DNA from: Camelus dromedarius
Lineage: Eukaryota
Direction: 5' to 3'
Assembly: GCF_036321535.1 (NCBI RefSeq)
Contig: NC_087437.1
Location: 41,666,001 to 41,730,000 of the forward strand
DNA length: 64,000 bases
Part shown: positions 51,545 through 64,000 of the stretch, in pieces
Position numbering within the stretch: position 1 is the first letter of the stretch
Layout of the letters: every line of letters begins with the position of its first letter
The notes under the pieces: generated by a model
Database searches by the model: none
Seen by the model: the letters and a program-made list of their open reading frames with translations, nothing else
Told to the model about the DNA's origin: nothing
Made by a program: the position numbers and the translations under genes

Positions 51545-52045
51545 AATTCTGAACATTAGGAAAGCAGATTTTGAAAAACATTTAGAGAAATTTGGCAAGA
51601 TTGCATAGCAAGGGACTCTTCAAGGAATGTTCTTGGAGTTCCCTCGCCCTTTAAAGCACAGAGAGAGAAGATAGAACTAGGGACCCAAAATCAAAAGAGT
51701 AAGAATTTTGTTAAAGAGACTCAAGCTCTGAATAAGGGGAGCCTCATAACAAGTACTAAGTTCAAATTTAAAAGACTATTTTATAAAGCTGCGGTTAGGA
51801 CAAAAAATCAGAGGAAGAAGAGACTGAACCATCACTGAGTCACGCAGGGCAGAAAGAACGCAGAAATATTTAATTTCTATTTTGGCCTTGTCTTTATCAA
51901 AGAGGGTGACTTTCAAGCTAAAAAATTGAGAACGAGGGTTAAGGCTAAGATAAGTGAAGAATCAGATAGGAAGTGGATTCTTAGCTCCTTTAAGTTTTGG
52001 TTTCTCAACAAAGATGCTTGACATTCCAGGGCACTGAAAACATGG
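51545..52045 (+). mobile_element. CR1/L3-like LINE fragment
   Basis: 'ttaggaaagcagattttgaaaaac', 'gcagaaatatttaatttctattttggccttgtcttt', 'cattccagggcactgaaa'. Confidence 0.5.
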
Positions 52046-54012
52046 TAGATGCATTGAGTTGGGGAGGGGTGGCAGAGAAAGAGCTGTTCCTCATCCTAGA
52101 GATTTGGGGAGACATTCTTCAGCGGCAGTGGAGCAATGCTGTGGCTGCTGGTGTCTTTGAAGTTCACATACTGCTTTGGACCCAATATTTAGATCAGCTA
52201 AAGAGTAGATACCTTATGCAATTTCCTTAACTTGCAACTTCCTCCTCCGTGAGAGTATTTGTGAAAAAAATATTGCAAAAGGACTTTCAAAAATTGTTAG
52301 CGCTAAGCTTATTTCTGAAGTCCAGGCCACAGCTGAATGTAAGATTGATGGATAGAAGAAATTTTCTCCTTTCATTTGCTGAAACCATAAACTTGGATTT
52401 GGTCCTAGGCAGAGAGGGTGGTTTTCTGTCACCTTCAATGCCATCTCCTGTAAGAGGAGCTTGCGGGCCGTCCTGATTGATATTGATTGTCTGTTTGCCA
52501 ATAGTCCTTAAACTGGCATCTAGATATGCCCTGATTTAGTCATCTCGTTATGAAATTTGCAGTATATTTAGTTATGGATAATTATAGCCGAGTAGATAAT
52601 AAACTTTGTACAGACAGGAAAATGTGCCTTTTGGAATTTTCATTTCCAGTCCTTTTCTTTCATTCTTTTAAAATTTCTTTTTTTCCTTCCATTTTTCCTC
52701 TCTGCCTTCCCTTCTTCCTTACTTCCTTTCTTCCCTTCTCCTCCCTCCCTCTGTCCCTTTCTTCCTATTTTTCTATAATGTCAAATAATGCTAAGCACCA
52801 AGCAGTTGGTCACTGATAGTGATAGCCCCAATCTTTACATAACTGAGGGCCCCCAGGCCAGCCTAAACTGTTGCAAATTCAGACAAGCCTAGGGAAGTTC
52901 TAGGGCCAGCTGTATGTGTATGAGGCTGAGGACTCCCCTGGGGAAGAAGACTCACCAGGAAGGAGAGTCAAGGCCAGAGGCTTGGTCTAAAGATAAAGGC
53001 TAGATCATACTGCAACCATCTGCCTAGGACATGCAGCAGACGGAGCATCACCTCAGTGGCTGGATGAAGGCATAGGGCACAGGACCGCTTAGAGGCAGCT
53101 GGAGGAAATGAGTGTGGGAGCCTGTACTGCAAGAAGAGTGAACTCCCAGAGGGAGACAGGAGACATTCTCCTGCAGAACTGGGGCAGAGGCCTACAATTC
53201 TGCAGGCAGGAGTAAAGTCGGAGGAAAATGGTGAGGCACAGGGAATCAGTATTTTGAACTATTTTGAAGAAAAATCCGAAGAGGAAACTGATGCACTTCA
53301 AAAGCATCTTTCCTTATCACTCATCATGAGGAAATGCTGATAAAAGGTAACTCACCCATGCTATAGGAGTGTTCTGTTTACAAACACCACATTTACATTA
53401 GGGAGAATGTAGTGATTGCTCATTCCAAAGTTACTCTAGTGTGGGTACTCAAAAGGAAGACTTTTGCTCACTAAAAGTGCACCCCAAAAATGTTGCCAGA
53501 CTTTCTTCTAAGGAAAAGCACAAAGTTGGCCTAACTGAAATAATTACATTTTTAAAAACATAATTAAATCTATGTTGTAAATACTTCTTTTTAAGTGTAC
53601 GTGCTCTTTGAAATGTCTTCCTTATAATTACTGTCTTCTCTAACCCAGAATTAACAAGAAAAAAAGGAAGCAGATTGGGAGGAAATTTCTATGTCTATCA
53701 TTATTATCATAAACATACAAAATGAATTCTTAGCAGTGGGTGTGAGCTTAGCAGGTGTTAAGCAAACATTTCTAGACTTTAATAAGCTTTTTAGTAGCAC
53801 CTTGTGATACTGTGGTCTGCCCATATTTTCTGACTTGTGGGTGTCACAGTTGTGCTTCTGGGTACACATCCCCAAGCTACAGCTCAGGCCAGCTCTGACC
53901 CTGCTGGGTGCATTAAATCCTATGGTTTATCACTGATCGAAAAATGCATATAGTTGAATTCTGTAATGTTTTCTAGGGTATTTTTTTCTTTTTCCTTTAT
54001 CAAGAAAGGAGG

Positions 54013-54366
54013 ATGAACTTACTTACAAAACAGGGACAGACTCACAGACATAGAAAACAAACTTGTGGTTACCAGCCGGGAAAGGGAGGTGTGGAGAGAT
54101 AAATTGGGAGCTTGGGATTTGCAGATACTAATGAGTATATATAATATGGATAAAAACAAGGTCCTGCTATATAGCACAGGGAACTATATTCAATATCTTG
54201 TAATAGCCTATAATGAAAAAGAATATGGAAAGGAATATATATATATATATACACACATACACATGTGTACAACTGAATCACTATGATGAACACCAGAAAT
54301 TAACACAGCATTGTAAACTGACTATATTTTAGTAAAACATTTTTAATAAAAAATAAATAAATAAAG
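54013..54366 (+). mobile_element. Lineage-specific L1 3' end
   Basis: 'gactcacagacatagaaaacaaacttgtggttacc', 'tatagcacagggaactatattcaatatcttg', A-rich tail. Confidence 0.92.
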
Positions 54367-55502
54367 GAAGAAAAAACGTAAATTGCACCTGAATGCAATT
54401 GTAATGCAAAGGTAAATAGCCTGAAATGGCCATCTTCTGTGGATAGTGATTTGACTTGTGTTAACTGTCACAGCCTTGCCTCTGGTACACAGAACGTGTA
54501 CCCAATTCAATGTTTACAAAATGTATTATTAGGAAACATAGGATAATAAAACATGAAAAAAGGCAAAAGGATAGGAATTTGGCTTTCATTTTGCTTTTCG
54601 TAGAGAGATTTTTGTCTCAATCTTGGAATGAACTTGAAAATTAGAGTTGGTTAAACTCTAGAGTTGGAAATAATTTTTAAGCAAGAGCAGGACCCACACT
54701 CACCTCTTTGGAATTATGCAAATAAAGGCTTGGAGGATAGAAAAGGCTGGAGGAAATTAGTAGATGAGATTAGAGAAGCCCATACAGCAGAATTTTTTTT
54801 TTTAAAGTCTGGTCAATTTAGTATTAAGAAAACTGAAGTGTAAGAGTTTTGTAATTTATATGTGTGTGTATGTATGTGTGTATGTGTGTGTGTGTAAAAA
54901 ATAAGCCTATTTTCATAGCTTTTACTGACCTTACCTGCTATATACGCACCCACAGACCCAACCTATAAATGGTCCACATACACGTGGGTCTAGAGATGAC
55001 AGAAACTTCCTCAGTATCTACCAGCATTAGGCTTCTCCTTCCGTTCACTAAACACTGATTTCCAAAGTGGATTCTTTCAAAAATTCTTCCCCCTCTACCC
55101 TTTAGAGGAAGTAGACAATCCTCTTAACATATGAACACCTCTTACCCCAAGTTTACAAGAACTTGGATCAGAAATTTGACCTATCACTGTTGAAAAATGG
55201 CCCGTCTTTAATATGGAGCCTGACAAAAGCAGTGCAAAAAACAGCGGAGACCGTTCTACCTGATCACTGAGGCAGGAGGGGCGGCCAGGAGAGCCTCTGG
55301 AAGAGAAAATAGGGAGCAAAATAGAGCGCACTCTGTGTTTAAATATCCTAAGTGAACAGGGGATAAAAACCACAAAGCATAGTTTTATCCTTAAAGGAAG
55401 TAAAGGAAATAGAATCTTCAGGACAGAGGGCTGTGTCTGTGCTAGAGAGAGAGCTGAAACATCTACTTGGTGAGAAAGTCAAGCTTCAACTAAGGACTCT
55501 GT

Positions 55503-55778
55503 GAATACAGACTTGTGGTTACCAGGGGGGTGGAGGGTGGGAAGGGATAGACTGGGATTTCAAAATTGTAGAATAGATAAACAAGATTACACTGTATAGC
55601 ACAGGGAAATATACACAAAATGTTATGATAACTCACAGAGAAAAAAATGTGACAATGAGTGTGTATATGTCCATGAATGACTGAAGAATTGTGCTGAACA
55701 CTGGAATTTGACACAACATTGTAAAATGATTATAAATCAATAAAAAATGTTAAAAAAAAAAAAACCCAAAAAACAAAA
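55503..55778 (+). mobile_element. Young 5'-truncated L1 with perfect TSD
   Basis: 15-bp TSD aactaaggactctgt at 55488-55502 and 55779-55793; AATAAA and long A tail. Confidence 0.95.
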
Positions 55779-57138
55779 AACTAAGGACTCTGTTTTTTCA
55801 GCCCGAGGCCCGAACTATAAAAATTAGAAGAAATCCTCTCCTGAGGACTAGATTGAGGGGTTTATATTGTGGGCCTGGCAGCCAACGCTGCATGAAGTGT
55901 TTCCCTCCCTTTGCGCTAAGCTGTCACGTGATTACGATGCTCCCGCCCCTCAGACCACCACTTTCCTTTGTGCTAAAAACCTAGGACTCTTCTTAGCCTC
56001 CTTATTGGTCTTACAAATAGTTATTGGTAAACACCAAAACTGAAATAACAATATATTTAGCAACAAAATACTACACACTGTCTTGTTACATAGATTCAGA
56101 AGATTTAAAAACCACACTAGATGAGGATAACATATGTGACTTATAGAACTTGGAGCATTTATGCTGAGGTTTATACCAAATTGACCCAAGTTGAAAGAAC
56201 GAGTAATGATGTCAAAGATTCACACTTAGTAGCTGAATTTTATGCCCTTTAAAACTTACAGATGAATTGAAATTTGCCCACTTCCTAAACTATAAACTTC
56301 CTGAAGCATGACCTGCCTCTCCCTATGGCATTATCCTTCAAACACTGAACTGAACTAATCTGAGTGAAAGTTCATCTGTCACTAGAGGGGGTTAAAGCAT
56401 TTCCGTTCTCTGTTGCCACTGGGAAAGAAAAGTTCTGGAAAGTTGTCCTTTCTCCCGCTTGGTATGTGTGGGAGTATTAAACCTCAAATAGAACAGTGCT
56501 AAACTTTTTTTTTTTTATATTTTGTTTTTCTATAAACAAACTTTATCTGTGGCCTTGTAGCAGACAGTCAGTTCCAGGAAACATGCAGCTAACAATGTCA
56601 TTCCCCTTGTATTGCACATAATATAAAAACAGAGTTTAAGTAAATATTTGAATTAGGGCAATTTGAAAAATTTGACTTTGGAGCAGCCTTTCCCTGGTAT
56701 ATATTGATCACTTTTCTCCAGGGCCGCTGTTTCGGTGGATTCAGTATGCTACACCTACCCCATTACGGGAAGCTTGTTCAATGTAACATATGATATATGA
56801 GCAGAGCATTATCTTCAAAACTCAGCATTTGCAGAAGAGAACTCAAATGAGGAGGCTCGACGCCCACTGCACAGCAAAGGAAAGCTGATCTATATGCAGC
56901 AGTAGAGCAACACCTAGTGCTAAATGCAGATATAGCAGAAAGTGCTTGGGTCACAACGGGCTTCTTACATTTTAGGTCAATGTTGTACTTGGACAGCTCT
57001 TTTTCTTGGTATTTGAGCTATGGAATTATTCTGTGAAATGACAGGCATGGAATGGCCCATCGCGAAGTTTCTTTTAGACTCTGTGATCCTCCACTTGGGT
57101 TATTACTATGTACTTTTCATTCTCATTGCCCCACGTGA

Positions 57139-57245
57139 TTTTTTTTTAACAATTTTTATTTGATGAGGATGATGATTTTTCATGGAGGTGCTGGGGATTG
57201 AACCCAGGACCTCATGTGTGCTGAGCATGTGCTCTACCCTCCCCC
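57139..57245 (-). mobile_element. tRNA-derived SINE (camelid Vic-type) with A-box deletion
   Basis: 'atggaggtgctggggattgaacccaggacctcatgtgtgctgagcatgtgctctaccctccccc' is the reverse complement of the 34757 SINE without the 'tatagctcagt' segment. Confidence 0.88.
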
Positions 57246-57415
57246 ACCCCACATTCTTCGTAAACTTGTCCATTAGATAAAGGAGCTTTGCTTGGGCCCA
57301 GCTTTTATCTTTTATGTCAATAAGTTTTGCGTGGACTGTGAGGAAGAAACAGAAGAGTCAATGTACTGGGACAATGCCATGAAGAAGTTCCAAGAAACAC
57401 CATTTTCTCCTCTAT

Positions 57416-57462
57416 AAATAAATAAATACATAAATACATACTTACATACATAAATAAATAAA
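57416..57462. repeat. (TAAA/TACA)n tetranucleotide repeat
   Basis: aaataaataaatacataaatacatacttacatacataaataaataaa. Confidence 0.85.
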
Positions 57463-58291
57463 AGCCAGGTCAGGATATCTGCATTGCTGGAAAAGGAAAG
57501 TGTGGGCCTTTCTATACAAAAAAAAATGATTCCATCATCTGCTAATTGTAGGTGCTGTTTATATTATGCTACCCAACTCCTTATGTCATAAGGATGCACT
57601 CAGTGTATTAGTTATCCTGTCTCAGAAAAGATCACAGTATATCATCAGTATGGAAATACAATAGAAGCATAAATTTGCATAGCCAAATTCTCCCAAGCAA
57701 AATTTTTACATATTTTTGTTATTTCATTTTTCTACAAATTAGGGGAAAATAACTATTATCTATGAAAAGTGGTCAAATAAAGAAATGTGCAGAGATACAT
57801 AAAAATCATTAGAATCACAAAAATTCTAATCATAAAAATCATTAAATTAGATAGATCACCACAAACATGAGCTGCTTTAAAATTTGGCATCACCCGTGGA
57901 TTAAACAAGTGCACATGAGAGCTTTCTCTTGGAGGCGGAAGTTCTTGCTGCACTCATGGGGTTAGTCTGTGACCTTGTGTCTTCCTCTAAAATAAATTTA
58001 ACACAAGTCATGTGGCAGTGTGTCACATGCTGGTGTAGCCAAGCCAAACTTGGTGACTTCAGGGTGCCTCTCCCGTGTATCTACATACAATGCAGAAGTA
58101 GTTACAGAGCAGTCTCGCAGCAGCTGTGTGAGCTAACTCGGAAGACCTTTGTGTTCCTGTGTGGATTGTCGTGGAGAGGGGAAAGAGAGATTTAAGGTAC
58201 CATGAAATTAAGTGTTTCTAAGTGAAGGCCTGAAAAGCTAGCTTTCACAGCAAAATGGTGTGGATAAACTAGTAATTGTGATAAGCAGTGA

Positions 58292-58570
58292 CTTCATTCA
58301 TTCATTCATTCATTCATCAATATTTTCTAGGCCTCTACTGTGGACCAGGCATTGCTCTTGGCTCTGGGATGTAGCAGAACAAAGTACTGGCTTTTGTGGA
58401 GTTTTAATTCACGTTGGGAAGACACATAATAAACAAGCAAGCCAAGTGCTATGAAGAATAAAATCAGGTGGTAAGAAGTAAGCTGAGAAAAGAGATAGAA
58501 AAAGGATTGACGAGGGATGGTCTGTGATGAGGGGCCCTTGGAGCAGAGACCTGGATGAAGCAGGGGAGTG
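58292..58570 (-). mobile_element. L2 3' end
   Basis: (TTCA)n tail, 'gcctctactgtggaccaggcattgctct', 'gagcagagacctggatgaag'. Confidence 0.85.
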
Positions 58571-59914
58571 ATCAATTGTTTATACTGTGCTTAGCTCACG
58601 TCGCTTTCCTATATTTTGAAATACTTAGAAAATTGAGGCTCCTGATATTTTAACGGTTGCTTGTTTCTTGACCAATCAGAAACTGCTATGGAGAGGTTCA
58701 CCCTACCTAGTCACTCTTGGCCAGTGGATGGGGATTTGCCTTTGAGTTCTCTGCCATGTCCAGATCCTCATTAAATTCCCATCGCTCCATTTATCTGCAC
58801 CAGGAACTCTATGCCTGAAATGTTATCCGTTCCCTCCCAGATTTTCATCCCTTTTCAAGAAAGTGGGAAGGAAGAGTGATTCGGTTTTATGTTCTTTCAA
58901 TCCTTGCCCTCCTTAGCCTCTGCTGTGTTTGTTAACGAGGTTTAGCTATTTTATGACAGTCACCAGAGCTGGGCTGAGATCACCAATTTGTTGCTCAGAG
59001 CCTTTTAATTGTCCAGCTGGTGGAAGCTGGCTCCCAGTTGCTGGTTGTTTGTGTGCCATGAGGGTCAAAGGAGGCCTCCTTGGAGGAACTCTAGGTGAAA
59101 TCTGTCCAGAAAGACTCTAATTGGCCAATGCACAGTGAGCAGGGCTTTTTATGTGCCCATTGCTTGTACTGGACAGAAGGGCATCTAGCTGGAAGTTCCT
59201 GGTCTTCAAGGAAATAACATTCTTATCTATAAAGGCTTCTTAGGAACAGGCATTTTGGCCACTTAGATACTTTTAATCCTTTGGGATTTATTTTAAAGAA
59301 TCTTAGCTGTGGAAGGAGTCTTAGAAATTATCTAGTACACCCTCCACATGTTACTGAGGACACCAAGATTCTGAGAGGTTTTGATTTACTCAAAGTCACA
59401 CAGTCCTGGTCTCTTTTTGCAGCACCAAGCTGCTCCTTATCGTAGTCATTTGTTTTAGCCTGCCCTTCCTCAAGCAGCCATTCAGGGACATTCCATATGA
59501 CAACCATCACGGTCCATCTTGACGTTAAAGGCAAGAGCCTGCACGTGAAGCACTGCAAAATGGAAAACTTGCCGCAGCAACGCTCTAGCTAGGAATTCTG
59601 GAATTTTTACGTCAATACACAAAAATGAAACTTCGGTTTTTAGTTCCCTCTTTGTTTTAATTTTAAAAAAATAGCGAGGAATCTCTTTGGTTCTTTCTTT
59701 AAAAAATTTTTTTTTGTAATGGGAGTAGAATCAGCAGCTCTAATAATGTCTCCTTTGTGCATATGCAGCATCATCTCCATTCCTATTGTGTCCTTGGCTT
59801 GAGTACCACCCTGTAGGCTTTGGTATCTCATGGTTCAATTTTCAGATGTATATATGTGTTTTAAAAGCTGTAGTATACCTGTCTAGTGCTCTACTAGAGA
59901 AAAACAAAAATTAC

Positions 59915-60060
59915 AAACTTCAGAGTCGAGTACTCCTAAGTTCAAACCCAGGATTTAACACTAATTAGTTGGGTCATCTTCATTATTTAGCATCTTAGAA
60001 CCTCAGTTTTGCCATCTGTAAAATGGGAATAATGATGGCAACCGTAGAGGGCTTTGGTGA
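59915..60060 (+). mobile_element. MIR fragment
   Basis: 'agttcaaaccca...cctcagttttgccatctgtaaaatgggaataat'. Confidence 0.8.
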
Positions 60061-63000
60061 GTGCACCCTCTCCGTTCCTCCCTCCTTTTTGTCTTTTACA
60101 TGGATATAATTGGCCTAAAAAGTATATCTAATCTCTTACTGAACAATTTGGTCCTCTCCTCTTTCAAAAATGCCAAGAAAAGGAACTAAACAGATATACA
60201 TGTCTCATTTAAGGAATCAAAGATTTGTCCCTAAAAGCAACCTTAAAAGCAAGCATAATCTGAGAACATTTCAGGAAACTTAGAGCAGCCTCTTTCTCAT
60301 TCTGCTTTTTTGCACTTTCCTTCTATTTCTTTCCCTTTTGTCCTCCCTACAAACCACTTTGGTAAAATGTACACGGACAGCCCACAGCTCCCATTGCTTC
60401 TCTGTCCCGGAATCAACTCTGTCCAGACCCCGGCTTTGGATCTGTGAGTGACGCAAGAAGCTGTTTTTGGCCTCAGGAATGTTTTCCTCTATGTTCTGAC
60501 TCCTCTCTTGTTGTCCTTCTCTCCTCCCCATCTCTTCTCCACCTCTTTTCCCCAGACACCCCCACTGGTTTCTCTCTTCCTGTTTTCTTAGTTTCTTCCC
60601 CTCTCCTTGGTGGCCAAGGCACCAATCGATCACCACCGCTGTCACAATCAGTTCTCTCTGTGGCTCCTCTATCTCCACGATAAAACAAGACAGGAACGGC
60701 CTTTCCAACAGGCAGACATCTCCACAGTAGCCTGTGGGAGGCTGCCTGGCGCGTCTAGTCTGCCAATAAGAGCATTTCCTTACAGCTGCAAGGGCTTGGG
60801 AGGGCCAACGACAGCGAGCTGCATGGCTTGCCGGTGACACACTTAAGTTGTTTTGCTTTGCGAAAACGGGAAAATTCTGATAAATTCCAGATGATTTCAA
60901 AACACATTTGAGGGTCAGATATACAAAAGGCAGATAATATCTGAATTAGGTAAGTACAAGTTGATGCACAAATCTCTATTTAGGTCCAAACATCTTGCAG
61001 ATTAAAAGCCTTTCAATTTGACAATTCCCAGTTAGGGATGATAAAAATTGAACTTTGCTCTCCTTAAACCCCAAGCCATTATGAGACGAAAGGGTTCACC
61101 CAAAGTTGAAGCTGAATAGCTAGTAAAAAGCAGAGGGAAAAGTGCATTATGAATGAGCATTGGAAGGATATTTAACCCAGTTAAGAACCTGCAATATTTG
61201 GAAAGACAAAAAAAAAAAAATAAGTGTATGAAAGATACGCATCAGTGTGTCTGCATGAGCGCTGAGTCTTCACAACATAATCGTACACAACATCTGTCCA
61301 TCATTCCTATGCTAGGAAGACAGGTTCCTCTTGGTGCTGAAGGGGCCAAAGCAGTTTTTGGTCTTACATGCTTTATCCTGTGATCTACGTTGGTCAATAT
61401 TCTCAAAGATTATTGAGCAGCATGGCTATATGCCTAAGTAAAACTTAGGCCTTTCATTTGTTGCATGTTACTAAAGCTAGATCTTCTTTTTTCCTTTTGT
61501 TCTCCCACCTTTTAATTTGAAATTCTCAAACCTACAGAAAGTCAAAAGAAAGCATAAAGAACACTAATGTACCTACCTTCACCAATAGAACGCTCTCTTA
61601 TATAACAGTAGTGCCATTCATACTCCCAAGATACCTACTTAAAAAAAAAAAACAACAAAAACCTGACTTGAGCACATACAGAGCCGTTATTTCTAGGGCT
61701 CACATGTGAAGGAATGTACTTAGAGAGGTGGAGAATGTCCAAATCAGCTTCCCACTTCAGCATCACTGACATTATCTCACCTCTTTGGGAGTCCAAGTTA
61801 TGTTTATTTTATCTTTTCTCTCTCCTTCCTTTTTTTTTTTTTTTGTGGGGCGTGGATGGGTGAGTGTTGGAATCAAAATGTCAATTTTTTTCTTTTAATG
61901 GCAAAACTAGATGGAAGAGTTTGGTGGAACTTCTGCCCTTCTTCCCTGAGCCGAGATGGTGGGATCCCCCTGGGGGAGGGGGAGAGGGGATTTGTAACGC
62001 AGCCTGCAAAGACCTTGAGAAACACCACTTCCAGCAGGGATTACAGACCCGCCTTCCAGTAAGTTAGTGCCAGACCGAGGGAGGGGGCCTGGCGGGGGCA
62101 GGGCCCTATGAGCCTTGCTGGCTGCCCGACAGACACTGGGAACAGGAGACGTGGCCGATCTGTGAGGAAGCCTGGGCCAGGAGCGGAATTACACTCTCTC
62201 TTCTTTCCTGGTAGCTTCCCTCCCTGAAAGTCTTCTTGCTTTACGAAATTAGTGTGAACAGATTTCCTCCAGCAGGGAAAACACACAGAGAAATTCCTGC
62301 TTCTCCCTCTGTCCCGTCTCTTTGTTATAATAAGGGCAACAACTCTCCTAATCACAAATAAATTCAGGTTTACAGGTCACAGTGGCAGAGTCAGGGTTAG
62401 TCTGTCAGCGTTACAAACACTGAAAAGGCCCCCCACCCCCACCCCAGATTAAAATAAAAAATATTGTCTTTGTTTGCCATCTTTGTACTGTTTAACATGA
62501 GTATTTCAACAGTCTTTATTTTTCAAACATGCAAACAGAAGAGAGTGATCTGACCCACAGTATATTGACATACCATGTAGCTATAACCTTGAGATAAAAA
62601 GTAAAGGAAAAAGTCAAAACAGCTCGAACCAAATACTAACACAAACAAGTCTTTCTTCAGCCCAGACCCCTACCTCTGTAACAAGGGAACACGTCAGCAT
62701 TAGCACACACTGGCCGTGGTGCACACACACAGTCCTAGACGAGGGCAGACGCAGGGGGCCCCAAATGTGTAGCTGGGAAGTCGAATGTATTCATTAATTA
62801 ATTCAACAAGTGTGTACTAGGATCGTTTCTGGGCTAGACATGATTCTAGGTGTTGGGGATGTCTTATACATGGAAGGGATTTATAAGACTCACAAGGTCT
62901 CTGCTCTTGTGGAACTTACCTAGTGGCATTAGAATAAAAAATCAGGGGCTATACTCTCAGTGTTGAGAGGAGACGGAAAATAATAGCTATAGCAGAAAGC

Positions 63001-63324
63001 TTGAGCTGGCTTCCTGGCTTCTGTATATCCAGGAATGCAACTGCTTCAAAATCTGGGTCACCTGGGATGGAATGGCTACTAAAGACAGAAGGATGGAAAG
63101 AAAAAAGCAGAAAACCAAAGAGAAGCTTCTCTCCTCACTGTATGTCAGAGGGTCCTTTGGGAGCTCTTACCAAACTAATGAGGAAGAGGCAAACTTATTG
63201 TCTGCAAGACAACAGGTAAAAGAAACATGAAGACTGTTCCTTCGTCCCACATGGAAAGGACTCCAAGGATGGAATGGCCTGACGAGATAGCAGGTAGCTT
63301 CCCAAGCGTCTCTGCTATCGCATG

Positions 63325-63545
63325 CCCAGTGCTGAGCATTTTACGTGGACTGGCTCATTTAATCCTCACAACCACCACCTGGTGAGACAAACATTAATTG
63401 TATTCCCATTTTCCACATGAAGAACAGCCCTAGAAAAGCTAAGTAACTTGCCCTTACCCAAGGACACATACCTGGTAGGTAGTGAGACCAGAACAGGACC
63501 CCAGCTCTGTCCGACTCCACAATCCATATTCTAAACCACCGCATG
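63325..63545 (-). mobile_element. MIR SINE
   Basis: 'ctcatttaatcctcacaacca', 'tcccattttccacatgaag', 'aagtaacttgccc', 'ctgtccgactccacaatcc'. Confidence 0.85.
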
Positions 63546-64000
63546 TCCATCCATAAAATTATTTTTCTTTATTTTATTTAAAGAAAAAGAAAAAAGGCAT
63601 GAAGATTGTATAGGAAATTTAATCAGATAGCTTCAGAAAGTGGTCTGTGTTTTCCAGATGTTTGTCTTGGAAGAGACAGTCAAACATGCCCTCTGAGTCA
63701 CAGCAAATACACACCACTTTCTCAAATGCATGAGAAATTAAGAGATGAACTTCTGCTATTGCTCCAATGTACATAAGCCTGCCATCTAAAATCTAAATTA
63801 CGATTCAAGAATGGAGATCAGTATTTTATTCAATTAATGAATTACTCCTCGAAGTTTATTTTACCACTGCATGCATTTCCACCTTTGCACTTTACTTGAT
63901 AATTGAATTAATAATGAAATAATTAAGGTGAAGCTGGTTCAGTGAAAACAATGCAGAAATTCATAATGAAGCTTATGCATAATCCTAAATAAAAAATCCA

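Noticed and set aside
60280..60900. 206-aa minus-strand ORF
   Set aside because: Driven by a purine-rich low-complexity strand (E/R/K/G), with no ATG start evident and no recognisable homology.

Overview
Mammalian genomic DNA, most likely a camelid (inferred from two Vic-type tRNA-derived SINEs and several camelid-like L1 3' ends). I found no protein-coding exon I can support. The central feature is a CpG island at about 42.1-43.1 kb that looks like the promoter and non-coding first exon of an unidentified minus-strand gene. Positions 1-42.7 kb would then be mostly its first intron or 5'-UTR introns, and 43-64 kb would be upstream. The rest is layered transposon fossils (L1, L2, MIR, CR1, ERV1/ERVL/MaLR LTRs, hAT, Tigger and MULE DNA elements); subfamily names come from remembered consensus sequences and need RepeatMasker confirmation. 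The most notable observations are: (1) a 35-bp GC-rich tandem repeat that triplicates the putative exon-1 splice donor; (2) a ~975-bp Mutator/MULE fossil with readable FLYWCH and MULE transposase motifs, ~95-bp TIRs and a 9-bp TSD, nested in a Charlie4a element; (3) a 69-bp inverted duplication 3.4 kb apart with a junctional tandem duplication; (4) an L1 carrying a local internal duplication; (5) a very young L1 with a perfect 15-bp TSD. I see no evidence of a novel multi-gene system.
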